Positions 8,956 through 16,519 are shown, numbered from the stretch's first letter. The stretch is DNA of 20,000 nt from an uncultured virus (IMG/VR IMGVR_UViG_3300031539_000018) (IMGVR_UViG_3300031539_000018:49346-69345); one strand, 5' to 3'. The notes: a model not told the origin generated them from the sequence alone. Translations and numbers: made by a program.

Positions 8956-9220
8956 GGAAGAAATGAGGAAGATCATGAGGGGTGTGCAAGCCATCGGTCG
9001 AAATAATACGGGCGTGGAAGAGGCCGCTCAGCTCCTCGCCGAAGCGATGAAGGAAGATGTGGTGTACGAAAGCACAGGGGTTGCTGACTATGATGGATGC
9101 TGTGTTCGCCTGGGCTGTGGAACTGAGCTTATCTTAGGTCCTGATGATGAGTGGGACATTCTTGACGGCCGGCAGTACCACGTGACCGTGACGGAAGAAC
9201 CTACCAATGACCAACCGTGA
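8945..9220 (+). CDS. Hypothetical protein
   Basis: Overlaps both neighbours in operon fashion; acidic 91 aa ORF. Confidence 0.6.
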   Translation: MVSEEEMRKIMRGVQAIGRNNTGVEEAAQLLAEAMKEDVVYESTGVADYDGCCVRLGCGTELILGPDDEWDILDGRQYHVTVTEEPTNDQP

Positions 9221-10568
9221 TGCTACTTTGGCGATGGACGCGGCAAGGGTGCGGCTCAACTATCTGCGTGGCTACCTTCGGGCTGTGTTGTGGACTATGC
9301 GCATGGTGCCCACTGGAGAGGTGCCCAGTATGGCTATGTCCAAGGACGCGGTGATCTACTACAACCCGGAGGAGGTAGCCAAGTGGCCCTTGGAGGCCTG
9401 CGTGACGGTCCTGTACCATGAGGTGTGCCACTGGATGCGGCGTCACTATGAGCGCATGGCAGACTTCCCGGACGAACAGTGCGCGCTCATTGCGGCGGAA
9501 TTGGAACTCCAGGGTGACATCGAGGATGAGATCAACGGTGACTCGAATCTGGATTGGCCCCCACAGGGATACATTGCACCGGGCAAGCCGCCTTTCGAGA
9601 GCTTGCTCAAGGGCCTCCTGGCTGAGGAGTATTATCGACTTCTGGAGCGGCAACAGCAGCAATCCGGTGGCGCAGGGGGCCAGCAGCAGGGCAAGGGGCG
9701 GCAACAAGGTCAAGGCCAGGGGCAGAGTCAACAGGGGCAGAGTCAACAGCAAGGTAAGGGCCAAGGCAAGGGCCAGCAAGGTCAAGACCAGCAACCAGGC
9801 CAGGGCCAGGGTTCTGTGTCTGATGGGCACTGGAAGGACTGGGAGCAGCAGGACCATCCGGAGGGCATCACTGAGGCCCAGGGGCGGCTCATTGCCCGCA
9901 AGCTGGCCCAGGACATCCAGGAGGCCGCGGAGCGTGATAAGTCGCAGCGGGGCATCGGCTCAGTACCCGGCTGGATGAAGCGTTGGGCAGAGATGCAGCT
10001 TTACTCCAAGGTGCCCTGGTACAAGGTTCTAGACCGCTGGATACGTCAGTCCATTGGGCACGTCCTGGGGTTCTCAGACTACTCATTCAGGACACCGAAC
10101 CGTAGGGCTGCGTTGAGCGGCCTCATCCTGCCGGGTTTGGTGAAGCCTGTGCCGAGGATCGCTGTGGTTCTGGACACATCAGGGTCCATGTCCGGTCATC
10201 AGGTTGGGTTGGCCCTCACGGAGATTGGCGGCGTGCTCAGGGCTATGGGGATGCTGGAGGGCGTGTGGGTACTGGCTACGGATGCGGAGGCCCATACCTG
10301 CCAGCGTGTGTTCAATCCCCGCCAGGTGGACGTTGTGGGCGGTGGGGGAACCATCCTGGAGTCGGGCATTGCACGAGCCATGAAGCTGCGGCCCCGGCCT
10401 GAGATCGTGGTCGTCATCTCGGACTGCCTGAACTATTGGGATGAGGTCAAGCCTGCCAGGGTGAGCATCGTGATCGTGCGTGTGGGCACGGGCAAGCCGC
10501 CTACGTGGGCCGACAAGGTGATTGACGTGGAGGATGTGGTAGAGGACTGGACGGTGTGGACAAGATGA
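9207..10568 (+). CDS. DUF2201-type metallopeptidase-like plus VWA domain protein (MoxR partner)
   Basis: LYHEVCH (HExxH), Gln/Gly-rich linker, MIDAS motif VVLDTSGSMS, GGGGT and VVISD. Confidence 0.88.
   Translation: MTNRDATLAMDAARVRLNYLRGYLRAVLWTMRMVPTGEVPSMAMSKDAVIYYNPEEVAKWPLEACVTVLYHEVCHWMRRHYERMADFPDEQCALIAAELELQGDIEDEINGDSNLDWPPQGYIAPGKPPFESLLKGLLAEEYYRLLERQQQQSGGAGGQQQGKGRQQGQGQGQSQQGQSQQQGKGQGKGQQGQDQQPGQGQGSVSDGHWKDWEQQDHPEGITEAQGRLIARKLAQDIQEAAERDKSQRGIGSVPGWMKRWAEMQLYSKVPWYKVLDRWIRQSIGHVLGFSDYSFRTPNRRAALSGLILPGLVKPVPRIAVVLDTSGSMSGHQVGLALTEIGGVLRAMGMLEGVWVLATDAEAHTCQRVFNPRQVDVVGGGGTILESGIARAMKLRPRPEIVVVISDCLNYWDEVKPARVSIVIVRVGTGKPPTWADKVIDVEDVVEDWTVWTR
9650..9810 (+). repeat. Low-complexity Gln/Gly-coding tract including a 15-bp tandem duplication
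   Basis: CAGGGGCAGAGTCAA twice at 9717-9746 within the QQQQSGG...GQGQ linker. Confidence 0.8.
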
Positions 10569-10870
10569 CCACTGAGCTTCGTCTGTACGTGGTTCCTAAT
10601 GGCCGGGGCGGTAGCGCCGTATCGTGCCCGGAGTGCCGAGAGCACGTGTTCCCCAGCGAGGACTACGTGATCCGCTGCGACGTGGGGCTGAGGCACGTGT
10701 ACGCCTGCGAGTCTGTGACGCGGGGGTGGCTGGTGGGACGCCGGGTGTGTAACCTCTATGAGCGAGTGGGCCTGGTGGTGCACATTCGGCGGCTGAGGGG
10801 GGTATTGACCGGAAGGGACCGGAAAGTGCTGGAGGGTTTTCTGAACCTGATCGGTTTGGCAAGGGGGTGA
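10565..10870 (+). CDS. Hypothetical protein with CxxC
   Basis: ATGA overlap with the VWA gene; CPEC...HVYACESV. Confidence 0.6.
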   Translation: MTTELRLYVVPNGRGGSAVSCPECREHVFPSEDYVIRCDVGLRHVYACESVTRGWLVGRRVCNLYERVGLVVHIRRLRGVLTGRDRKVLEGFLNLIGLARG

Positions 10871-12201
10871 TGGTGGCTACAAGCGATTTGATGGGACTGT
10901 TTGGCACCAGACCCTTCCTGGAGGTCCGCAACGAGTTTCGTGCGGCCTTGCAGGCTGGGGCGCGTGAGGTTCGTTTCCGTGAGGATGACTATTCAGACGT
11001 GATACGGCTCCTGGCAGCAGCCAGTAACGGCGTGCCCGTGTTCCTGGATGAGGAGCGGCTGCCGGGTTTGAGGAAGGGCAGCCTGCGCATGAATCTCGAA
11101 TGGTGCCGCCTGTTCGTGGAGGCCAACGGGACTGCGTTTCCGGGGGTCATGATCGTTAGGGAGAACGGGACGGCGATGTTTGTGAGGCTCTTGCCTGGCG
11201 TGCCTGTGCAGGTCACCTTGGATGTGACGGAGCTGGGGGCCTTCAATGAGGCTGGGGACGCGCTGCGGGGCATGTGGGCGGTGCAGTTAGATCACATGGC
11301 GGCATCGGTGCTACTCAACCCCTGGACTGTGACCAGGCCCCTCACGGACCCGGCGCAGGTAGACTTTCATGCAGCCCACAGGACGCCTCCGGCAATGGGG
11401 GCCGGGAGGCTGGAAGAAATCGGTGCCCCATCGGCGGACCTGCTTATGCGGCCCGTGAGGGTGACCGTAGCAGCCCCGGACCCGGTGGATACAAAGCGTG
11501 CCTGTGAGGCTCTGATGGGCGTGGTGGATTCCTACAACTGCTCCAAGCCGTCTTATGGGCACCTCTATGGCCTTCTGGAAGAGGCAGGGAGGACTGGTAT
11601 TGGTGATGCAGTCTTTGAGCGCGTTTTGGATTCCTTCCCTCTTAGTGGTCAGGATACCTTTGGTGAGATCATAGACGGCCTGATTGATGAGGGCTATGAG
11701 TGGGCTGGGTTCCTGCCTCGCCCCGATCCGGACTGGACCTATCGTGAGGACTACGTGGTCAAGTGGGCGGGAGGGGAGACCGGTATCAACCTGCAGATCG
11801 CTAAGTACCAGCGATTATTGAGGGCATGGGCCTTCATGGTCCGGGCTATGGGCAAGCTGTTGGGCCTCAACGGGTGGGCCTTCACGCCGGGCCTGTTGGT
11901 GGGGGATGAGGACTATCTGGCTGAGATTTCAGAGTGGGGTGGTAGAACCTTCGTGCTGTTGAACCCGCAGGGGTTGCGCGTCAGTGCGGCCAATAGTGAG
12001 ATGGTTTTGATGTTACGGGACCGGGCGGCGCATGTGGTGGCCCATGTGGGCCAGCCGAATCATGACGAGAGTTGGGCCAGGCGGTACGAGTTCCTGCTGG
12101 AGGAGAGTGCGTCCCTGCTATCGAAGTGGGGGCGGGAAGAGTTGTCTTGGCTGAATTCCTATGGATCGAGCATGGCTACCAAGAAAGGGGTGCAGAGATG
12201 A
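10867..12201 (+). CDS. Hypothetical protein with a degenerate zincin-like C-terminus
   Basis: 444 aa ORF coupled at both ends; AAHVVAHVGQPNHDESW resembles HExAH-x5-H with E replaced by V. Confidence 0.7.
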   Translation: MMVATSDLMGLFGTRPFLEVRNEFRAALQAGAREVRFREDDYSDVIRLLAAASNGVPVFLDEERLPGLRKGSLRMNLEWCRLFVEANGTAFPGVMIVRENGTAMFVRLLPGVPVQVTLDVTELGAFNEAGDALRGMWAVQLDHMAASVLLNPWTVTRPLTDPAQVDFHAAHRTPPAMGAGRLEEIGAPSADLLMRPVRVTVAAPDPVDTKRACEALMGVVDSYNCSKPSYGHLYGLLEEAGRTGIGDAVFERVLDSFPLSGQDTFGEIIDGLIDEGYEWAGFLPRPDPDWTYREDYVVKWAGGETGINLQIAKYQRLLRAWAFMVRAMGKLLGLNGWAFTPGLLVGDEDYLAEISEWGGRTFVLLNPQGLRVSAANSEMVLMLRDRAAHVVAHVGQPNHDESWARRYEFLLEESASLLSKWGREELSWLNSYGSSMATKKGVQR

Positions 12202-12506
12202 AGGAGACCGAGGTTCAGTTGAAGGATGTAGATATGAAGGTGGTGGACCCGCATCTTACGCTGGTGCAGTCGTTGGACCTGAAGAACAGGCTGGCTAGCG
12301 CCATGCAGGGCATCGGGAGGCAGGGTTTCGCCGATATCCTGGGCATGGGGCGACCGCGCTGGTGGCGTTGGCGGACCAAGGGCCAGGCCCCGGTGAAGGT
12401 GGAGGAGTACCTGCACATCATCGCCCGGTTCCCGGAGCTGCGGGGCAAGGTATGGCGGCACCTGTTGCACCGGGCGCAGACGGAGATTGATAGCAGGAAG
12501 GGATAG
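12198..12506 (+). CDS. Putative Cro/XRE-like helix-turn-helix regulator
   Basis: ATGA overlap; GRQGFADILGMGRPRWWRWRTKGQAP fits the A-x-x-L-G...W-x-x-G-x-x-P HTH pattern. Confidence 0.6.
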   Translation: MKETEVQLKDVDMKVVDPHLTLVQSLDLKNRLASAMQGIGRQGFADILGMGRPRWWRWRTKGQAPVKVEEYLHIIARFPELRGKVWRHLLHRAQTEIDSRKG

Positions 12507-12509
12507 GTT

Positions 12510-12875
12510 GTGAAGCAGGTACTCGTGTTGCCTACCTTTGAAATTCGCAACGATGGTGTATGCCGTAAATGTCTAAAGGAGTTGTCCTGCCACAATGATG
12601 ATGCCATTGTGATAAGGGTGCAAAATATATATTGGTCTGGTTTCAAGAGTCACGTTTTCAATATTGTGAAGGTGGCAAATCCTTGGAACCATTCGAATCT
12701 TACATGGCGCGTCTACGGTCAACCGTTGTGTGGGTGTACATTGTCTAGTATACGAAGAGATGAGCCCCCTTATGAGTTGCTGTGGCTGCCAAGGTTGTTT
12801 CAGTTCGTCAACCCGGAGGACCGGCAGGCATTAGAAGAGGCGTTGGTATTGATGGCCCTGGCGGGGGAGATGTGA
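12510..12875 (+). CDS. Hypothetical protein (visibly more AT-rich than its neighbours)
   Basis: GTG start 3 nt after the upstream stop; CRKC and C-x-C; 121 aa. Confidence 0.6.
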   Translation: MKQVLVLPTFEIRNDGVCRKCLKELSCHNDDAIVIRVQNIYWSGFKSHVFNIVKVANPWNHSNLTWRVYGQPLCGCTLSSIRRDEPPYELLWLPRLFQFVNPEDRQALEEALVLMALAGEM

Positions 12876-12877
12876 TG

Positions 12878-12915
12878 CTTTCTTTTGCTCCCAAAAGGTT
12901 TTAGCGATCTATAAT
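12878..12915 (+). promoter_or_regulatory. Repeated palindrome plus -10 promoter motif, copy 1
   Basis: CTTTCTTTTGCTCCCAAAAG-N12-TATAAT, with the same layout at 16465-16502. Confidence 0.75.
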
Positions 12916-12937
12916 GAGTGAGTGAAGTAAATGAGGC

Positions 12938-12966
12938 TTGACAAACCGGAAGGAATCTGCTATACT
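12938..12966 (+). promoter_or_regulatory. sigma70-type promoter upstream of tnpB
   Basis: TTGACA (12938-12943), 17 bp, TATACT (12961-12966). Confidence 0.85.
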
Positions 12967-12972
12967 GATAAT

Positions 12973-13064
12973 GCTACAGGTGCGGCGTGGTTGTTTTGTT
13001 ATAGAAGGGGTCATGCAGGCCACGCGCACCTGTAGCGGGACGCAAGGCAATGTGTGACCCCTTT
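12973..13064 (+). ncRNA. Putative pseudoknotted leader RNA of unknown class
   Basis: 17-bp stem 12973-12990/13020-13036 with one bulge; loop 13004-13017 is complementary to 13051-13064 (14 bp including G-U pairs). Confidence 0.6.
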
Positions 13065-13075
13065 GACATAAGGCG

Positions 13076-14287
13076 ATGATTGTACAGAAGAGCCATAGGA
13101 TACAACTGAGACCCAACAATGAGCACCGAAGCGGTTTCAACCGCTGGGTTGGTGCTTACCGTTGGACTTACAACTGGGCGCTAGAACAGAAGAAGACAGC
13201 CTATGAGCAAGAGGGCAAGTCACTGAGTAAGTACGGTGTGCAGAAACTCTTGACTATTGAGAAACACACGCTGGAAAGGGCGTGGCTCAATGATATCCTG
13301 CGAGACACGCTTGTCAATGCAATATGGAACATGGACAGGGCATACCAGAACTTCTTCCGGCGGGTCAAGAATGGAGAGGCCAAAAAGGGTTTCCCAAAGT
13401 TCAAGTCAAGACGGACGGCGCGGCGCGTTTTCCACGTCACGGCGTACCTCGTGCAATTGAGCGAAGACCGACGGAGCGTCAAGTTGCCTAAACTTGGATG
13501 GGTTAGGATGAGCAAGGCCCTGCGATTTGAGGGCAAGATGGTTGGGACAGTGGCTGTCAGTGAAGAGGCGGGGCGGTGGTATGCATCCTTCGTCGTTGAG
13601 ACTGAGATACCCGATCCTCCGGATCGTAGTGCTGACCCTGTGGTGGGCATCGACGTCGGTATCAAAACGCTAATGACGCTTTCTGATGGGAAGCGATATG
13701 AGAATCCGAAGGCTACCTATGAGCTAGAGAAGCTACTGGCGCGGTCACAGCGCCAACTATCCTGCAAGACTAAGGGGAGTAAGCGGCGGGCTAGGGCAAA
13801 GCTGAGAGTCCAGCGGATACAGAAGCGGATCAAGGATGTGCGGGTAAATGCGGCACATCAAGCCACGGCGGAGGTGACTAGGGACTACGGCCTCGTAGCT
13901 ATGGAGGACTTGAATGTCAAAGGCATGGTCAAGAATCGTCACTTGGCAAAGGCCGTGTCAGACTCCAATTTCAATCGGTTGCGCCAGCAGTTGACGTACA
14001 AGACCGCGTGGAGCGGCAGTAAACTGAGGCTCGTGGACCGTTGGTTCCCGTCCAGCAAGCTGTGCTCTGAGTGCGGTTGCATCAATGATAATCTGACACT
14101 TTCAGATAGGAGGTGGACTTGCGATTGTGGGGCTGTTCATGACAGGGACCTAAACGCTGCCCAGAATATTCTAGCGGCGGCGCTAAAGTTGGCCGACGAA
14201 TCGGCGGTCACTGGGCGTGGAGGGATAGGGGCCTCAAGTCCTCCCGATGAAGCGTCAAGCGGGCAGCAGGAGGTGATAGATGCATAA
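13076..14287 (+). CDS. tnpB: RNA-guided endonuclease TnpB (IS200/IS605/IS607 superfamily), catalytic motifs intact, no adjacent TnpA
   Basis: N-terminal HRIQLRPN...YRWTYNWAL, GFPKFKSR, LPKLGWVR; RuvC-I VGIDVGIK, RuvC-II AMEDLNV, Zn finger CSECG...CDCG, RuvC-III HDRDLNAAQNI. Confidence 0.95.
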   Translation: MIVQKSHRIQLRPNNEHRSGFNRWVGAYRWTYNWALEQKKTAYEQEGKSLSKYGVQKLLTIEKHTLERAWLNDILRDTLVNAIWNMDRAYQNFFRRVKNGEAKKGFPKFKSRRTARRVFHVTAYLVQLSEDRRSVKLPKLGWVRMSKALRFEGKMVGTVAVSEEAGRWYASFVVETEIPDPPDRSADPVVGIDVGIKTLMTLSDGKRYENPKATYELEKLLARSQRQLSCKTKGSKRRARAKLRVQRIQKRIKDVRVNAAHQATAEVTRDYGLVAMEDLNVKGMVKNRHLAKAVSDSNFNRLRQQLTYKTAWSGSKLRLVDRWFPSSKLCSECGCINDNLTLSDRRWTCDCGAVHDRDLNAAQNILAAALKLADESAVTGRGGIGASSPPDEASSGQQEVIDA

Positions 14288-14322
14288 GACCCGCAACCCC
14301 GAATTGACGGGGTCCTCATTCG
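14190..14322 (+). ncRNA. Putative omegaRNA/reRNA-like scaffold overlapping the tnpB 3' end
   Basis: Hairpin GCCGA-CGAA-TCGGC, a GGGCGTGGAG...CTCCCGATGAAGCGTC segment resembling TnpB right-end RNAs, and hairpin ACCCCG-AATTGA-CGGGGT. Boundaries are inferred. Confidence 0.5.
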
Positions 14323-14346
14323 CGTGGGCAATGGCTATTGTGAAGG

Positions 14347-14624
14347 GTGCACCCCATGCGCATGTGGGGGATTCGCGCAGATGCGGGTCTGAAACGACGA
14401 CCCCAAACGTGCACCCCATGCGCATGTGGGGGATTCGTACGGCAAGTATTGCCAGAAGCCGCAGAAACCCGTGCACCCCATGCGCATGTGGGGGATTCGT
14501 TGGCCCTGTGCTTGCGGCTGCGCAGGACGAAGTGCACCCCATGCGCATGTGGGGGATTCGTCAAATGACAAGCGATTGCACGCCAGCATACGTGTACCCC
14601 ATGCGTATGTGAGGGGGGGATTCG
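14347..14624 (+). CRISPR. Mini CRISPR-like array: four identical 29-bp repeats, one degenerate terminal repeat, four spacers
   Basis: GTGCACCCCATGCGCATGTGGGGGATTCG at 14347, 14409, 14471 and 14532; degenerate GTGTACCCCATGCGTATGTGAGGGGGGGATTCG at 14592-14624; unique spacers of 33, 33, 32 and 31 bp. The CCCC...GGGG stem recalls type I-E repeats. Confidence 0.93.
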
Positions 14625-14635
14625 GTGGAGACTAA

Positions 14636-15949
14636 ATGAGCGAACCCTATGATGTGGACGTAGAGAGGTCGGCCCTCGGCAGCTTGCTCCTGGACCCCGC
14701 ACTCTTGGCTGAGGCTGAGGCTGTGTTGCTCCCAGAGGACTTCTACCGGGAGGCGCACAGCACAGTCTACGGGGCCATGCTGGAGCTGTGGCGCTCAGGT
14801 TCGGCGCTGGATTACACGCTGCTATGCCGGGCCTTGGAGGACCGCGGACACTTGGAGGCTGTGGGCGGGACGGCATACGTGGCTTCGCTCATTGAGGCCA
14901 CACCGACCAGTGCTCATTTCGCGTCCTATGCCCGCGAGGTTCTGGCCCTGGCGAATCGGCGCCGCTTGATAGTGGCGGGTATTGAGTTGCAGAACATGGC
15001 CTGCGAGGGCGGCTACGGTGTGCCGGAACTCCTGGAGCAGGCTCAGGTCTTGCTCAATCAGGTTTCTGTGAGGGCCGATTTGCAAGGAGCGGTAGTGCCT
15101 TTCGAGAGTGCTTTGGAGGCCTACTGGAGTGCATTGGCGATGGAGCTGTCGGGCGCGGTGACGCGGATTCCCTTTGGGTTCCGAGACCTGGACTCATTGG
15201 TTGGGGGATTGAAGCCGGGGGACCTGTGCTATATCGGGGGCCGGCCAAGTATGGGCAAAACTACTTTGTGCCTGCAAGCGGCCCTGAACCTGGCTAAGTT
15301 GGGCGTGGGTCCGACGGTGGTGTTCTCGGTGGAGAGCACGGAACCGGAGTTGGCAGGTCGCATCCTTGGCTATGCCACTGGGGTGACCTCGGACGCCATG
15401 CGGAAGCGCACGGTGGATGTAGAGGCTATGTCCTGGGTAGGGCAGGTTGCGTCTGTGCTGGAGATCCCCGTGTTGCTGCGGGAGGATTACGACCTCTCAC
15501 CGGCGGGGATTGATGCGGCGCTCACGTCCATGCCCCAGCCTCCCCGGCTGGTGGTGGTGGACCACGTGCACCGTATGGAGGGGGGCCGCAGGTTCAGGGA
15601 CCGTCGGGAGGAGGTGACGTACATCTCGCGGCGGTTAAAGTCCCTGGCGCAGAAGCATTCGGTCCCGGTGGTGGCGGTATGCACCCTGAGCCGGATGGTG
15701 GAGAACCGCAAGCCACCGAGGCCCATGCTGGCGGATTTGAAGGAATCGGGAGACCTGGAGCATGATGCGGACGTGGTGATTATGCTGTACTGGGCTGGTC
15801 ACTACGATTCGGAAAGCCCCAGGCAGTTTGTGACCGAGGCCATTGTGGCCAAGCACCGGGACGGTCCCACGGGCACGGCGTATCTTCGGCGCGGGGGCCA
15901 GGGGCAATTGAGCGACCTGGTGTGTAAGAATGATTTGATGATGCTTTAA
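14636..15949 (+). CDS. dnaB: Replicative DNA helicase, DnaB family
   Basis: N-terminal ERSALGSLL...PEDFYREAH; Walker A GGRPSMGKTT; VVVDHV; LADLKESGDLEHDADVV; IVAKHRDGPTG. Confidence 0.97.
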   Translation: MSEPYDVDVERSALGSLLLDPALLAEAEAVLLPEDFYREAHSTVYGAMLELWRSGSALDYTLLCRALEDRGHLEAVGGTAYVASLIEATPTSAHFASYAREVLALANRRRLIVAGIELQNMACEGGYGVPELLEQAQVLLNQVSVRADLQGAVVPFESALEAYWSALAMELSGAVTRIPFGFRDLDSLVGGLKPGDLCYIGGRPSMGKTTLCLQAALNLAKLGVGPTVVFSVESTEPELAGRILGYATGVTSDAMRKRTVDVEAMSWVGQVASVLEIPVLLREDYDLSPAGIDAALTSMPQPPRLVVVDHVHRMEGGRRFRDRREEVTYISRRLKSLAQKHSVPVVAVCTLSRMVENRKPPRPMLADLKESGDLEHDADVVIMLYWAGHYDSESPRQFVTEAIVAKHRDGPTGTAYLRRGGQGQLSDLVCKNDLMML

Positions 15950-15967
15950 GAGGGAGGGAGACGTGAC

Positions 15968-16435
15968 ATGGCAAAGGTACAGGATACAGATGGGCAGGAG
16001 GATGGGCAGGAACTGGTGGATATCAGTTCATTGACCATCGAGCAGGAGGCCGCGTTGGTCCTGGAGCAGATGGCGCGGCTGATGCGAGAGAACAGGGAAG
16101 CTACTGAGGCACAGCGGTATTATGTGGAACAAGCCCGCAAGGTGGTGGCGAACTGGGAAGCCGCCATTGCAGAGGTCAACGCTGAACGTGACGCGGCCCT
16201 GGCTAAGTTGGAGGAGCGCGCCAAGGGGCTGGGCCTGCGGGCTGAGCAAACCATCAAGACTGAGCATGGCGTCATCAAGTTCAAGAACGGCTATCCTCGC
16301 GTAACCTACGACGCCAAGGGTCTCGATGCCGTGAGCAAGGCACCGGAGCATGGCTGGCTGCGCCAGTATCGCTCTGAGACCCTGGTCATGCCGACGGTGA
16401 CGAAAGTAGACGTCAAGGTGGATAAGGCCGACTGA
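15968..16435 (+). CDS. Coiled-coil protein, possibly Mu Gam-like or gp157-like
   Basis: Long helical N-terminal half followed by TIKTEHGVIKFK; located in the replication module. Confidence 0.5.
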   Translation: MAKVQDTDGQEDGQELVDISSLTIEQEAALVLEQMARLMRENREATEAQRYYVEQARKVVANWEAAIAEVNAERDAALAKLEERAKGLGLRAEQTIKTEHGVIKFKNGYPRVTYDAKGLDAVSKAPEHGWLRQYRSETLVMPTVTKVDVKVDKAD

Positions 16436-16464
16436 GGGCCTTTTGCACAACACGCGGAGCGGCC

Positions 16465-16502
16465 CTTTCTTTTGCTCCCAAAAGATTCTAGGGGGCTATA
16501 AT
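16465..16502 (+). promoter_or_regulatory. Repeated palindrome plus -10 promoter motif, copy 2
   Basis: CTTTCTTTTGCTCCCAAAAG-N12-TATAAT followed by a GGAGGT RBS and a gene start. Confidence 0.75.
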
Positions 16503-16519
16503 AGTTTCAGGAGGTGTGG

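Noticed and set aside
9650..9810. Gln/Gly-rich repeat as a novel repeat element
   Set aside because: Low-complexity linkers are typical between the peptidase-like and VWA domains of this family.
13076..14346. Autonomous IS200/IS605 or IS607 element
   Set aside because: No Y1 or serine-recombinase TnpA is adjacent and element ends could not be defined confidently.
14347..14624. Array as a TIGR-like or simple tandem repeat
   Set aside because: It has a single palindromic 29-bp repeat with unique 31-33 bp spacers, and no Nop-domain gene was recognised, so CRISPR architecture fits better.
14255..14876. Several overlapping ORFs with repeated HPMRMWGIR or PHAHVGDS peptides
   Set aside because: These are translations of the array repeats, not protein repeats. 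Only the RBS-preceded frame at 14280 is mentioned, as a finding.
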